DNA of 64,000 nt from Chlamydiales bacterium (GCA_030679955.1 JAUXSF010000012.1:22498-86497), one strand, 5' to 3'. Shown: positions 18,526 through 27,364, counted from the stretch's first letter. Notes: a model not told the origin generated them from the sequence alone. Numbers and translations: made by a program.

Positions 18526-19185
18526 ATGCTTACAGTAAAAAATCTTAGCAAAGTTTACCAAAAGCGCGGTCAAGAAGTGATAGCGCTTAACAATGTATCG
18601 CTAGATATTCCTCAGGGAGACTTTGTAGCGATCATAGGTCCCAGTGGCAGTGGTAAAAGTTCCCTCTTGCTAATGCTAGGGGGTATGCTCTCACCATCCA
18701 GTGGGTACGTCCGTATAGACAACGAATCGGTATACGACCTGAACAATAATGCCCGTGCTACTTTACGTCGTCAGAAGATGGGTTTTGTCTTTCAAACTTT
18801 TAACCTTATTCCCTACCTGACCGCGCTTCAAAATGTGCAAGTACCTTTACTCCTTTGTGGTCTTGATAAACAGGAACAGGATGAACGTTCTAGGGCACTA
18901 TTGAAAAAGGTGGGTCTAGAAGATCGCCTAGATCATAAACCTGCTGAACTTAGCGTGGGACAGCAACAACGTATCGCGTTGGCTCGTATGATGGCTAATG
19001 ATCCTGACATTATCCTGGCCGATGAACCAACTGGAAATTTAGACCCAACAATGGGACAAATCGTCATGGATTTTCTATGTGAGCTTAATGAAGCGGGTAA
19101 GACAGTTGTGATGGTGACACATGACATGAAGATTGCTGGTCGTGCTAAACGCACTGTAGTTATTTCCAAAGGTGGCACGCTCTAA
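18526..19185 (+). CDS. ABC transporter ATP-binding protein (MacB/LolD-like)
   Basis: Walker A 'GPSGSGKSS', signature 'LSVGQQQR', Walker B 'IILADEPTGNLD', H-loop 'VTHD'. Confidence 0.93.
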   Translation: MLTVKNLSKVYQKRGQEVIALNNVSLDIPQGDFVAIIGPSGSGKSSLLLMLGGMLSPSSGYVRIDNESVYDLNNNARATLRRQKMGFVFQTFNLIPYLTALQNVQVPLLLCGLDKQEQDERSRALLKKVGLEDRLDHKPAELSVGQQQRIALARMMANDPDIILADEPTGNLDPTMGQIVMDFLCELNEAGKTVVMVTHDMKIAGRAKRTVVISKGGTL

Positions 19186-19189
19186 TAAG

Positions 19190-19222
19190 AGAGACACAGG
19201 GCGCCTTGGCGCCTCTGCGTCT
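19190..19222. terminator. Hairpin between convergent genes (short member of the CGCAAAG palindrome family)
   Basis: 'agacacagggcgcc tt ggcgcctctgcgtct', followed by 'ttgcgttaaaat', which matches the arm consensus of the elements at 21391, 24389 and 44907. Confidence 0.5.
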
Positions 19223-19237
19223 TTGCGTTAAAATACC

Positions 19238-19630
19238 CTACTTGTTTTCGCAGCTACCCTTATCACAGCAGCTTTGCTCGAAGAAGTGGGCTACCTTAGC
19301 TTTGAAATCATCGCACTGCTTATGTTGGCCAAGCTTATGCTTCCAACGGTCAGCATTAGCATCCGCTACAATAGCAGCTAGCTCGTCCAAGCGTCCGCCA
19401 CTTTTAGCAATAATGCGTTCTTTAATTTTTTCGTGAAGCACTTCCATCCAAGCTTCATCAGCCATTTCAATGAGCTCATCAGTAAAATGGCACTCTTCGT
19501 GTTCCGAACCACAACTCTTAGAATGACACTGGCAGTTACAACAGCCACCACAACAACCTGACTTATCATGGTGATGATGCTCTCCACCGCCTGAACCGCA
19601 TCCTTGTGTACCACAATGATCGTGTCCCAT
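19238..19630 (-). CDS. Cytosolic His/Cys-rich putative metal-binding protein
   Basis: 130 aa. N-terminus 'MGHDHCGTQGCGSGGGEHHHHDKSGCCGGCCNCQCHSKSCGSEHEECH', then a helical domain, then the C-terminal 'SCCDKGSCENK'. No signal peptide. Confidence 0.75.
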   Translation of the reverse strand: MGHDHCGTQGCGSGGGEHHHHDKSGCCGGCCNCQCHSKSCGSEHEECHFTDELIEMADEAWMEVLHEKIKERIIAKSGGRLDELAAIVADANADRWKHKLGQHKQCDDFKAKVAHFFEQSCCDKGSCENK

Positions 19631-19796
19631 AACGCCCTCCTTTCAAAAAAAAAATATTTAAATGCCTACTCCAATACATGACAGAGACCACAGAAAAAGG
19701 CAAGAAAAGCAACGATTTTATCGAAAGTCTCCCCTTCCTTTTATTAATTATCTGGGGTATATTAACTGTTTAAAAACCAAAAAGTGAATTAACAGA

Positions 19797-21386
19797 ATGC
19801 AATCGATTCAAGAAGCCTGTCAAAACCGACGAACCTTCGCTATTATCAGCCACCCGGATGCCGGTAAGACAACGTTAACTGAAAAGCTACTCCTTTACTC
19901 CGGCATGCTACGCACTGCTGGTATGGTCAGAGGTAGTAAGGGACGTCGCGCAGCTGTGTCAGACTGGATGTCTATGGAGCAAGAACGCGGAATCTCTATT
20001 ACTTCGTCTGCTATGCAATTCACTTACAAAGATGTGATTATTAACGTTCTGGATACCCCTGGTCACGAAGACTTCTCGGAAGATACCTACCGAACGCTAA
20101 CAGCAGCAGACTGCGCCATCATGGTAATCGATGCTGCCAAAGGCGTGGAAAAACAAACACGCAAGCTGTTCGAAGTTTGCCGCCTTAAAAAAATCCCCGT
20201 TCTGACATTCGTCAACAAGATGGATATGCCGGGAAGAGATCCCCTCGACCTTATGACAGAAGTCGAAGAAGTCCTACAAATACGCTCCAGTGCTGTTAAC
20301 TGGCCCATTGGCTCTGGCAGAGACTTCTGCGGCGTGGTCGATCTAACGACAAACGAATGTCTGTTCTTCAAAAAAACGTCTACTGGTGGTGCCCTCAGAG
20401 CCGAAATAGATCGTCTGCCACTACAGAGCGATGCCGCTCGCGATGTAATAGGTCAGAGCGAATATGACAAGTTACTTCAAGAACTAGAGCTCGTACAAGC
20501 TGCTGGTAACCCCTATGTTCACGAAGACTTTCTTAAAGGCGAGCTAACTCCTGTATTCTTTGCCTCTGCCCTAACTAACTTTGGTGTAGAACCTTTCTTC
20601 GATGCCTTTATCCACCTTGCTCCAGCTCCACACTCACGCCTAGCAGACGCGAATAATGGAAGCGAAGTAACTGTTGACCCTGTTGAGACACCTTTCAGCG
20701 GCTATGTTTTTAAGCTACAAGCTAACATGGACAAACGCCACCGCGATAGCATGGCTTTTCTACGCATATGCTCCGGACGCTTTGAGCGCGACCTAGTGGT
20801 CAAGCACCACCGTTTAGGACGCGATATCCGCCTTTCACGTCCGCATGGCATGGTTGCTGGAGAGCGCATGACAGTTGACTATGCCTATCCTGGTGATATC
20901 ATCGGCGTCATTAACCCCGGCGTTTTTGCTATAGGCGACACCGTATCGATGACAGGCGGCTTTAACTTTAAGCCATTACCACAATTCCAGCCGGAAATCT
21001 TCGCTCGTGTATACCCCAAGGATGTTGGCAAGCGTAAAGCCTTCGACAAGGGTGTAACACAACTGACCGACGAGGGAGCCATTCAGCTACTTCGCCAGTA
21101 TAACATGGGATCAGAGTGCATCTTCGGTGCGGTCGGCAAACTGCAGTTCGAGGTCATGCAACACAGACTCAAGGATGAGTATGGTGTCGAAACAGTTTTG
21201 ACCCCCCTTTCATACCAATGCAGCGCTTGGCTTGTTGGCGATCTCGACAGCTTTAAAAAAATGACCAACTCGCTGCTAGTCCACGATCGACAAGAACGTC
21301 CCATCGTGCTATTCACAAGCCAATGGGAAAAGCAATACACCATTGAGCAGAATCCCAAACATGAGTTAGTGGACATCATGTCCTAG
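19797..21386 (+). CDS. prfC: Peptide chain release factor 3
   Basis: 529 aa translational GTPase with 'ISHPDAGKTTLTEKLL', 'DTPGHEDF' and 'NKMD'. Full-length RF3 architecture. Confidence 0.95.
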   Translation: MQSIQEACQNRRTFAIISHPDAGKTTLTEKLLLYSGMLRTAGMVRGSKGRRAAVSDWMSMEQERGISITSSAMQFTYKDVIINVLDTPGHEDFSEDTYRTLTAADCAIMVIDAAKGVEKQTRKLFEVCRLKKIPVLTFVNKMDMPGRDPLDLMTEVEEVLQIRSSAVNWPIGSGRDFCGVVDLTTNECLFFKKTSTGGALRAEIDRLPLQSDAARDVIGQSEYDKLLQELELVQAAGNPYVHEDFLKGELTPVFFASALTNFGVEPFFDAFIHLAPAPHSRLADANNGSEVTVDPVETPFSGYVFKLQANMDKRHRDSMAFLRICSGRFERDLVVKHHRLGRDIRLSRPHGMVAGERMTVDYAYPGDIIGVINPGVFAIGDTVSMTGGFNFKPLPQFQPEIFARVYPKDVGKRKAFDKGVTQLTDEGAIQLLRQYNMGSECIFGAVGKLQFEVMQHRLKDEYGVETVLTPLSYQCSAWLVGDLDSFKKMTNSLLVHDRQERPIVLFTSQWEKQYTIEQNPKHELVDIMS

Positions 21387-21390
21387 AACA

Positions 21391-21493
21391 GGGAAGTTAA
21401 ACGCAAAGGCGCAGAGGCGCCGAGGCGCAAAGAAGAAAGTGTTTTTTGTTCTCTTCGCTTTCTTAGCGTCTTTGCGACTTTGCATTTAATTCC
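21391..21493. repeat. CGCAAAG-family palindromic element
   Basis: Left arm 'gggaagttaaacgcaaaggcgcagaggcgccgaggcgcaaagaag' faces right arm 'cttagcgtctttgcgactttgcatttaattcc'. The arms are imperfect. Confidence 0.8.
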
Positions 21494-21513
21494 TAGATAG
21501 AAGCGAGAGTGAA

Positions 21514-22266
21514 ATGCTGTTGGCACTGTTAGGCGCTTTAGCTGTCGGTCTATGCTTAGGGCTATTAGGCTCTGGGGGGTCCATTCTAACCCTTCCGGTC
21601 CTGCTATACCTTGTTCAAAGACCAGACAAGCTCGCCATTGCGGAATCGCTGGCGATTGTGGGAAGCATCGCTCTATTCGGCGCTGCTAGTTACGCGGTCA
21701 AACGACAGGTAGATTGGAAGAGCGTCACCTTCTTCGGCCTTACAGGTATGGTCGGAGCCAATTGCGGAGCTTTCTGCGCATGCTACGTCAGCGGCACGAC
21801 CCAAATCACACTCTTTGCCTGTGTCATGATTGTTGCTGGATATATGATGCTCTCCGACAAAACACCGACGTTCAACAGAGAAATGCCGCCGCGCTCAACA
21901 AAATTGCTGATGGTCAATGGCTTTCTGGTTGGCACGCTGACTGGCCTTGTGGGGGTCGGTGGTGGCTTCTTAATCGTACCAGCGCTTGTACTTGTCAGCG
22001 CTCTGCCTATGCATATTGCTGTGGGAACTAGCCTGGTTATTATAGCCATGAATGCCCTTAGCGGCTTCTTTGCACACTTACCAGATCTTTCGACGCGTCA
22101 AATGGAAATCGATTGGCAGATAATAGCGCTCTTCGCCTCAATCGGCATCGTCGGAACGCTTATAGGAAGCGCTATGAGCGGTAAAATTCCACAGCAACGT
22201 CTGAAGCAAGGCTTCGCCCTGTTCATCATTCCAGTAGCTCTTTACACGCTCATCCGCGGCGTCTGA
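21514..22266 (+). CDS. TauE/SafE family sulfite exporter-like membrane protein
   Basis: 250 aa with about 8 TMs. Duplicated 'G..G(S/V)GGG(S/F)(I/L)..P.L' motifs typical of TauE/SafE. Confidence 0.85.
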   Translation: MLLALLGALAVGLCLGLLGSGGSILTLPVLLYLVQRPDKLAIAESLAIVGSIALFGAASYAVKRQVDWKSVTFFGLTGMVGANCGAFCACYVSGTTQITLFACVMIVAGYMMLSDKTPTFNREMPPRSTKLLMVNGFLVGTLTGLVGVGGGFLIVPALVLVSALPMHIAVGTSLVIIAMNALSGFFAHLPDLSTRQMEIDWQIIALFASIGIVGTLIGSAMSGKIPQQRLKQGFALFIIPVALYTLIRGV

Positions 22267-22268
22267 TC

Positions 22269-22919
22269 TTATGGTTGCGGTGTGATGCGTAAATAAGGCT
22301 TCACTTCCTTAAAGCCTTTTGGAAACCGCTCAGCAAGCTCTTTGGGGTCTGTAATACTTGGAAGAATAATGCAATCCTCCCCCTTAGCCCAATTCACAGG
22401 TGTCGCCACTTTGTGCTTATCTGTCAGCTGCATGGAATCTAACACACGCAGTACTTCTTCAAAATTACGTCCTGTCGATGCCGGATAGATCATCATCAAA
22501 CGTATTTTCTTGTTCGGATCGATGATGAATACTGAACGAACGGTGGCAGTGTCGCTAGCCTGAGGGTGAATCATGCCGTACAGATTCGCTATGGCCTTAT
22601 TGGGATCAGCAATCATTGGGAAAGCCACCTGACAATTCTGTGTTTCGTCGATGTCTTTCTTCCATTTTTGGTGGTCATCGAGTGAGCTGACACTAAGCGC
22701 AATCGTCTTCACACCGCGTTTATCAAACTCCGACGTAACCCTTGCGGCATATCCCAATTCTGTTGTACATACTGGTGTAAAATCCTTTGGATGCGAAAAA
22801 AAGACGCACCAAGATTGACCCAACCACTCGTGGAAGCGGATGGGACCCCAAGTAGTCTCCGCTTCAAAGTCTGGCGCAATATCACCAAGTCGTAGATGTG
22901 CTGTAGCTGAGCTTTGCAT
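22269..22919 (-). CDS. Peroxiredoxin, 1-Cys (Prx6-like)
   Basis: 216 aa with 'FSHPKDFTPVCTTEL' peroxidatic Cys motif and the Prx6-type C-terminal extension. Confidence 0.9.
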   Translation of the reverse strand: MQSSATAHLRLGDIAPDFEAETTWGPIRFHEWLGQSWCVFFSHPKDFTPVCTTELGYAARVTSEFDKRGVKTIALSVSSLDDHQKWKKDIDETQNCQVAFPMIADPNKAIANLYGMIHPQASDTATVRSVFIIDPNKKIRLMMIYPASTGRNFEEVLRVLDSMQLTDKHKVATPVNWAKGEDCIILPSITDPKELAERFPKGFKEVKPYLRITPQP

Positions 22920-22931
22920 ACTTTCTCCGGT

Positions 22932-24317
22932 TTAAGATTTTACAACAGGAAGATGGGCGTCTCTCCACTCGTTAATGCCACCATGCAAGTGGGACACGTT
23001 CTTAAAGCCTTTATTAAGCAATATGGAGGCAGCAATAGACGAACGCATACCGCTGCGACACATCGTCACGATCTTCGCGTTACGCGGAATCTCATCTAAC
23101 GCCGCGGAATCGGCTAATTTGAACAGTTCAATGTGCATAGCATTTTCCAAATGTCCCTCTTCCCACTCCTGTGGAGTTCTCACGTCGACAATAAACACAT
23201 TCGCACCAGCATTTTGCACTAATCCATGGAGATCGTTGGGTTTTAGAGCAGGTAGCGTACTTAGAGGATTAACTTCCTTTGAGTGGTCCCATACATTAAA
23301 GGTGACCTCAAGATTACCAGCTAAGACGGAAAATAGATTACGAACAAATTCTTTATCCTCAACGCTGGGGATTATAGCAGTTATAGCATTTTCCCCTCTG
23401 TATACTCCTGCTAGCCAAGAGCCTGTTGAAGGAGAACCTAACGGCACGTTTATTGCTCCTGTGCGGTGAGCTTCACCAAAATCGATAGGGCTTCGAAAAT
23501 CATATATCGTATTAGCCATCTGATTATCTCCTACGCTTTCAGGATCTGCTGTAGACAGTTCGTCTATCAAGCAAGCCCCTTCTATGTTGATTTTTTTATT
23601 TCGTGTAAAGGTTTCGGGTTTGGCAGGCACATCTTTTTGTAACTCCCTTGCCCAAAGATCCTTGTCATGCCATTGAAAGGCTGGATTAGTTTGGCGTTCC
23701 GTCCCCAGTGTAGAGCTATCGCCAGAGGCTATACTCTTGCTGCAAAGGGAGCCTGGCCCATGCGCTGGGTAAATCGTTAAACTGTCTGGCAAATGAGAGA
23801 TGCGTTCAAAAAGGCTGCGGTGAAGCTCTGATAGCAAGGTCTCCGTCATCTCATCACCTAACAGGTCAGGCCTGCCAACGCCGCCAATTAGCAAAAAATC
23901 ACCTGTGAATGCGGCTATAAGCGCCTCGCCTTCATAGCATAGCCAGGTCAGATGCTCGGGCGTATGACCTGGAGTATGTAGTGCCTTTAGCTTTACCTGT
24001 CCGATGGATATGTCATCGCCATTGTGCACTGCCACATCAGCATATTTCGGTAACCAGGCTTTGCCACCTTCAACAGAGCAGTAGATCTTCGGTTGTCCTT
24101 GAAAGAGATGCTTGAGCTCTTTAGCGCCGGAAACAAAGTCGGCATGTACATGTGTCTCTAAGACAGCTTTCAAAGTCAAGTTTTGGGATTTTATATAATC
24201 CGCAACGGGAGCAGCCACTCGAACAGGATCAATCACCGCACATTCCTGTGTCGTTGGATCTATCACCAAATAAGTACGAACAGATAACGGCTGATACACG
24301 AAGGTCTTAAGACGCAT
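22932..24317 (-). CDS. Persulfide dioxygenase (MBL fold) fused to rhodanese domains (CstB/PRF-like)
   Basis: MBL motifs 'THVHADFVSG', 'HTPGHTPEH', 'GDFLLIGGVGRPDL' and 'PAHGPGS'. C-terminal rhodanese with active-site loop 'MCRSGMRSS'. ATG 24317 is preferred over GTG 24326. Confidence 0.88.
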   Translation of the reverse strand: MRLKTFVYQPLSVRTYLVIDPTTQECAVIDPVRVAAPVADYIKSQNLTLKAVLETHVHADFVSGAKELKHLFQGQPKIYCSVEGGKAWLPKYADVAVHNGDDISIGQVKLKALHTPGHTPEHLTWLCYEGEALIAAFTGDFLLIGGVGRPDLLGDEMTETLLSELHRSLFERISHLPDSLTIYPAHGPGSLCSKSIASGDSSTLGTERQTNPAFQWHDKDLWARELQKDVPAKPETFTRNKKINIEGACLIDELSTADPESVGDNQMANTIYDFRSPIDFGEAHRTGAINVPLGSPSTGSWLAGVYRGENAITAIIPSVEDKEFVRNLFSVLAGNLEVTFNVWDHSKEVNPLSTLPALKPNDLHGLVQNAGANVFIVDVRTPQEWEEGHLENAMHIELFKLADSAALDEIPRNAKIVTMCRSGMRSSIAASILLNKGFKNVSHLHGGINEWRDAHLPVVKS

Positions 24318-24388
24318 GTAGCACACTTCCTATGATCACCAATATTGTTGTGATCATGGCACACGGAAAGAAAACTTAACAAGAATAA

Positions 24389-24527
24389 GGAAGGGAATTA
24401 AACGCAGAGGCGCAGAGGCGCGAAGAAGCAAAGGAAATAAAATCTTAAAACGCTTAAATTAAGCAATTTAGACTTTTCTTTTCTTTGCCTCTTCGCGCCT
24501 CTGCGCCTTTGCGTTTAATTCCTTTTC
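24389..24527. repeat. CGCAAAG-family palindromic element (best-preserved copy)
   Basis: Left arm 'ggaagggaattaaacgcagaggcgcagaggcgcgaagaagcaaaggaaa' faces right arm 'ttctttgcctcttcgcgcctctgcgcctttgcgtttaattcctttcc'. The arms are built of roughly 9-bp units. Confidence 0.9.
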
Positions 24528-24561
24528 CATACATACTAGTTACAAAAATTTGGAGGAAAAC

Positions 24562-25086
24562 ATGACTGCACCGCAACCTGGAATCTTTGCTTCTATCGAC
24601 ACCTTCCTAATGTCCTGGGAAGAAGAGCGGAAAAACAATGTTACTTTATTTGAAGCAATCCCAGATCGTCTGTGGCATGAAGAACTCATACCAGGCTACC
24701 GCTCACTAGCGCGTTTGGCGTGGCATATCATCTTAACGCCTAGCGAAGCGTTAGCACGCACAGGTCTTAAAATTGAAAGCCCCTCTGAACATGATCCAGT
24801 GCCGAGCGACCCACAGGAAATTATTCGCGACTATGAAATGGTTGCTAAATCAGTCGCTGAACAAGTAAAGAAAAACTGGAATGATGAGACGCTTCAACAG
24901 TCTGATGACATGTACGGTCAAACATGGACTCGCAGCGCCAGCCTGACCATGCTCATCCACCATATGATCCATCATCGTGGACAAATGACTGCTCTCCTAC
25001 GTCTCGGCAACGCCAAAGTGCCAGGCCTTTACGGCCCAGCACTAGAAGAATGGGCACAGTTCGGTATGACCGCTCCCGAAGTCTAA
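24562..25086 (+). CDS. DinB family protein
   Basis: 174 aa from ATG 24562 (GGAGG 7 nt upstream). Four-helix DinB pattern with 'WH', 'HHMIHHRGQM'. Confidence 0.8.
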   Translation: MTAPQPGIFASIDTFLMSWEEERKNNVTLFEAIPDRLWHEELIPGYRSLARLAWHIILTPSEALARTGLKIESPSEHDPVPSDPQEIIRDYEMVAKSVAEQVKKNWNDETLQQSDDMYGQTWTRSASLTMLIHHMIHHRGQMTALLRLGNAKVPGLYGPALEEWAQFGMTAPEV

Positions 25087-25730
25087 ACCAACTTTCTTTT
25101 GCGTTGGTATGCGTAGAACAGCCCCAGAGCTAATAAAGAGGCCAACACCAGGTAAGTGGCGGGCTCTGGAAGCACTAAGGTAACACGTGTCGGCCCATCA
25201 CTGGGTAGCCACGTGGCACCTCCATCTAGTGATAGCTCTGTGAACACATCAAAAAAACTATCAATGCGAAACAGACCTCCACCAATATTTGTAACTTCGG
25301 TCTGACCTAATGATGCTAAAATTGGGCTCTCCCTTATTAGAATGCCGCCACCAACTAGGTTCAGCGACAACACCTCTGTAGCAAAAAGTCCAGTGACGTT
25401 GCCAACCTTGTTGAGAACTAACACCTCAACAGGTCCTGACATTTCTACTGGTATACTCCCCGGTTGAATCGTTGCGTGGAGCAATGAATCAAATTGCTCC
25501 AGCTCGTTAGGTCCTAATGGAGTGCGTACAATATTAGTGAAATCGTAGTGGCTGATATTATTCACTGTGAAAAGTAAGGGTGGATATTCTACGTGAACGT
25601 CGTTAGCGGTGCGATAATGTCCGGTGACAGGTGGTAAACTTGGGTCATTAGTAATGATAAAAGCCTGCGCAAGAGAGAAAATTCCTATACTAAATACAGA
25701 TGAAGACACAAAAAATTTATAAAAACTCAT
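25083..25730 (-). CDS. PEP-CTERM sorting-domain protein
   Basis: Signal peptide, then the C-terminal 'LPEPATYLVLASLLALGLFYAYQRKRK' (PEP motif, TM helix, basic tail). Confidence 0.85.
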   Translation of the reverse strand: MSFYKFFVSSSVFSIGIFSLAQAFIITNDPSLPPVTGHYRTANDVHVEYPPLLFTVNNISHYDFTNIVRTPLGPNELEQFDSLLHATIQPGSIPVEMSGPVEVLVLNKVGNVTGLFATEVLSLNLVGGGILIRESPILASLGQTEVTNIGGGLFRIDSFFDVFTELSLDGGATWLPSDGPTRVTLVLPEPATYLVLASLLALGLFYAYQRKRKLV

Positions 25731-25865
25731 ACTCTGACCTCCTTTGTATTAAAAAGATCATTGCAGCAAATTATTCTTATAATTTACAACGTAAGCTTTT
25801 ATTTTACAATGCTTATAGTTAACGACTTACGTCAAATTAATAGTTCAAGGAGTATCAAGAGAAAT

Positions 25866-26834
25866 TTAATCTAGGCAGATACGGGGCGTATAACAGCAGG
25901 GCTGATAACAACGCGTCCTCTGGCCCTTACAGCTGTCATCAAGGTAAGGCGCGATACATTCTTTAATGCACGCCATTTTGTCCCTTGCAGCAGACTTTCC
26001 AGCCTCGTAGATTTGTGCCTTCATTTCATCGTTAAAGCACCCTACGCCGCACGTCTTGGGCCGGATGACGACTGTAGCTCCTCGTGTGCATCCTTCGTTC
26101 TGCCACATAAAGGCGATCTCAGCGCTACGCTTGGCTACTTGGAATAAGTTGGTGGGAAAAGTGCTCGGAAGCATCTCGCATAAATCCACTGCAATAATTA
26201 CCTCTGCGCCAAGATCTCGCGCAACTTTGACGGGTACAGGGTTGATCACTCCACCATCCACAAGGATCCTGCCCAGATGTTCGCAGGGAACGAACACAAA
26301 GGGAATCGAGCACGATGCTTGAACAGCCTTAAGTAAACAACCGGATCCCATTGGTACTAATTCAGCAGTATGCAGGTCACTAGCTACAATAACTAATGGT
26401 ATTTTCAGATCCTCAAAGGTATCTGCACACAAGTGTTTCCTCAATACTCTGTACATTGACCTATCTTGAGAGAGTCCAAAGCGACAGTTCCAAACATCCA
26501 AGTCAAACATCGACTGCGATCGAATGCCCCACACCGCATGCTTGATGCTTGAAATATCAGGGTTGTCTGCATATAGTGCACCCACAATACTACCCGCGCT
26601 GCACCCCACAATCAAATCAATGGGAATGCCCGCATTTTCTAACTCCTCCAAAACCCCTACATGCGCCATGCCTCGAACGCCGCCACTGCCCAAAACCAGT
26701 GCAACTCGGATTCTCTCTGGAACCTCAAAAGCCTCAGGCTGTTCCGGGCAATCAGCAGGATGGTAGAGATGCGGGCAACACCCCGTACAGGCTACCAAAA
26801 GAAGTAAAATGGTGTGAAAAAAACTCTTTAACAT
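25866..26834 (-). CDS. Patatin-like phospholipase with signal/lipoprotein-like N-terminus
   Basis: 'GSGGVRGMAHVGVLEEL' oxyanion motif, 'GCSAGS' (GxSxG) and 'VDGGV' catalytic Asp motif. N-terminus 'LLLLVACTGCC'. The C-terminal tail is Cys-rich. Confidence 0.88.
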   Translation of the reverse strand: MLKSFFHTILLLLVACTGCCPHLYHPADCPEQPEAFEVPERIRVALVLGSGGVRGMAHVGVLEELENAGIPIDLIVGCSAGSIVGALYADNPDISSIKHAVWGIRSQSMFDLDVWNCRFGLSQDRSMYRVLRKHLCADTFEDLKIPLVIVASDLHTAELVPMGSGCLLKAVQASCSIPFVFVPCEHLGRILVDGGVINPVPVKVARDLGAEVIIAVDLCEMLPSTFPTNLFQVAKRSAEIAFMWQNEGCTRGATVVIRPKTCGVGCFNDEMKAQIYEAGKSAARDKMACIKECIAPYLDDSCKGQRTRCYQPCCYTPRICLD

Positions 26835-26998
26835 AAGAGCTGCAATAAAACATACTTACCGCTCTGTGTCAAGTGCTTGCGAAAGTGACCTCTCCTCGAA
26901 AGAAAAATGTTTATTTTTTTACTCCAACCTCATAGTTTGAAATTAATGGGAACAGAGGCTTTCTCCCTAGAGAGAGCCTCCAACTAAGGGAGTCAAAC

Positions 26999-27364
26999 AT
27001 GAGCAAATCATTTATCACGCTAGCTTCTGCCTGCGTCTTTCTAATGGCCTGCAATCAGGAAAAACCTGCGAATGGCCAAAATGCTGGTAATACGAGACAA
27101 CAGGTTTCCCTAGCTGACGAAGCGCCAGGAGTTACCGAAGCTGATCGTCGCATTACCCAAGACATCAGAAAAGCTTTGGCCGATAGAAAAACGCTCTCCG
27201 ACCATGCTAAAAACGTCCGCGTGGTGACAACACAAAGTGTTGTAGAGCTGTCGGGTCCTGTGGACACTGAAGCAGAGAAAAAAGAAGTCGGTGTGATAGC
27301 AGAAACGATTCCTGGTGTTTCAAAAGTAAACAACCAGCTTGAAGTGACATCTAAAGGTTATTAA
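26999..27364 (+). CDS. BON domain lipoprotein
   Basis: 121 aa with lipobox-like 'VFLMACNQ' and the BON pattern 'VRVVTTQSVVELSGPVDTEAEKKEVGVIAETIPGVSKVNNQLEV'. Confidence 0.8.
   Translation: MSKSFITLASACVFLMACNQEKPANGQNAGNTRQQVSLADEAPGVTEADRRITQDIRKALADRKTLSDHAKNVRVVTTQSVVELSGPVDTEAEKKEVGVIAETIPGVSKVNNQLEVTSKGY

Noticed and set aside
19206-19436. 76-aa plus-strand ORF downstream of the ABC ATPase.
   Set aside because: It is antisense to the His/Cys-rich gene (19238-19630), which has a much more distinctive product and a proper start context.
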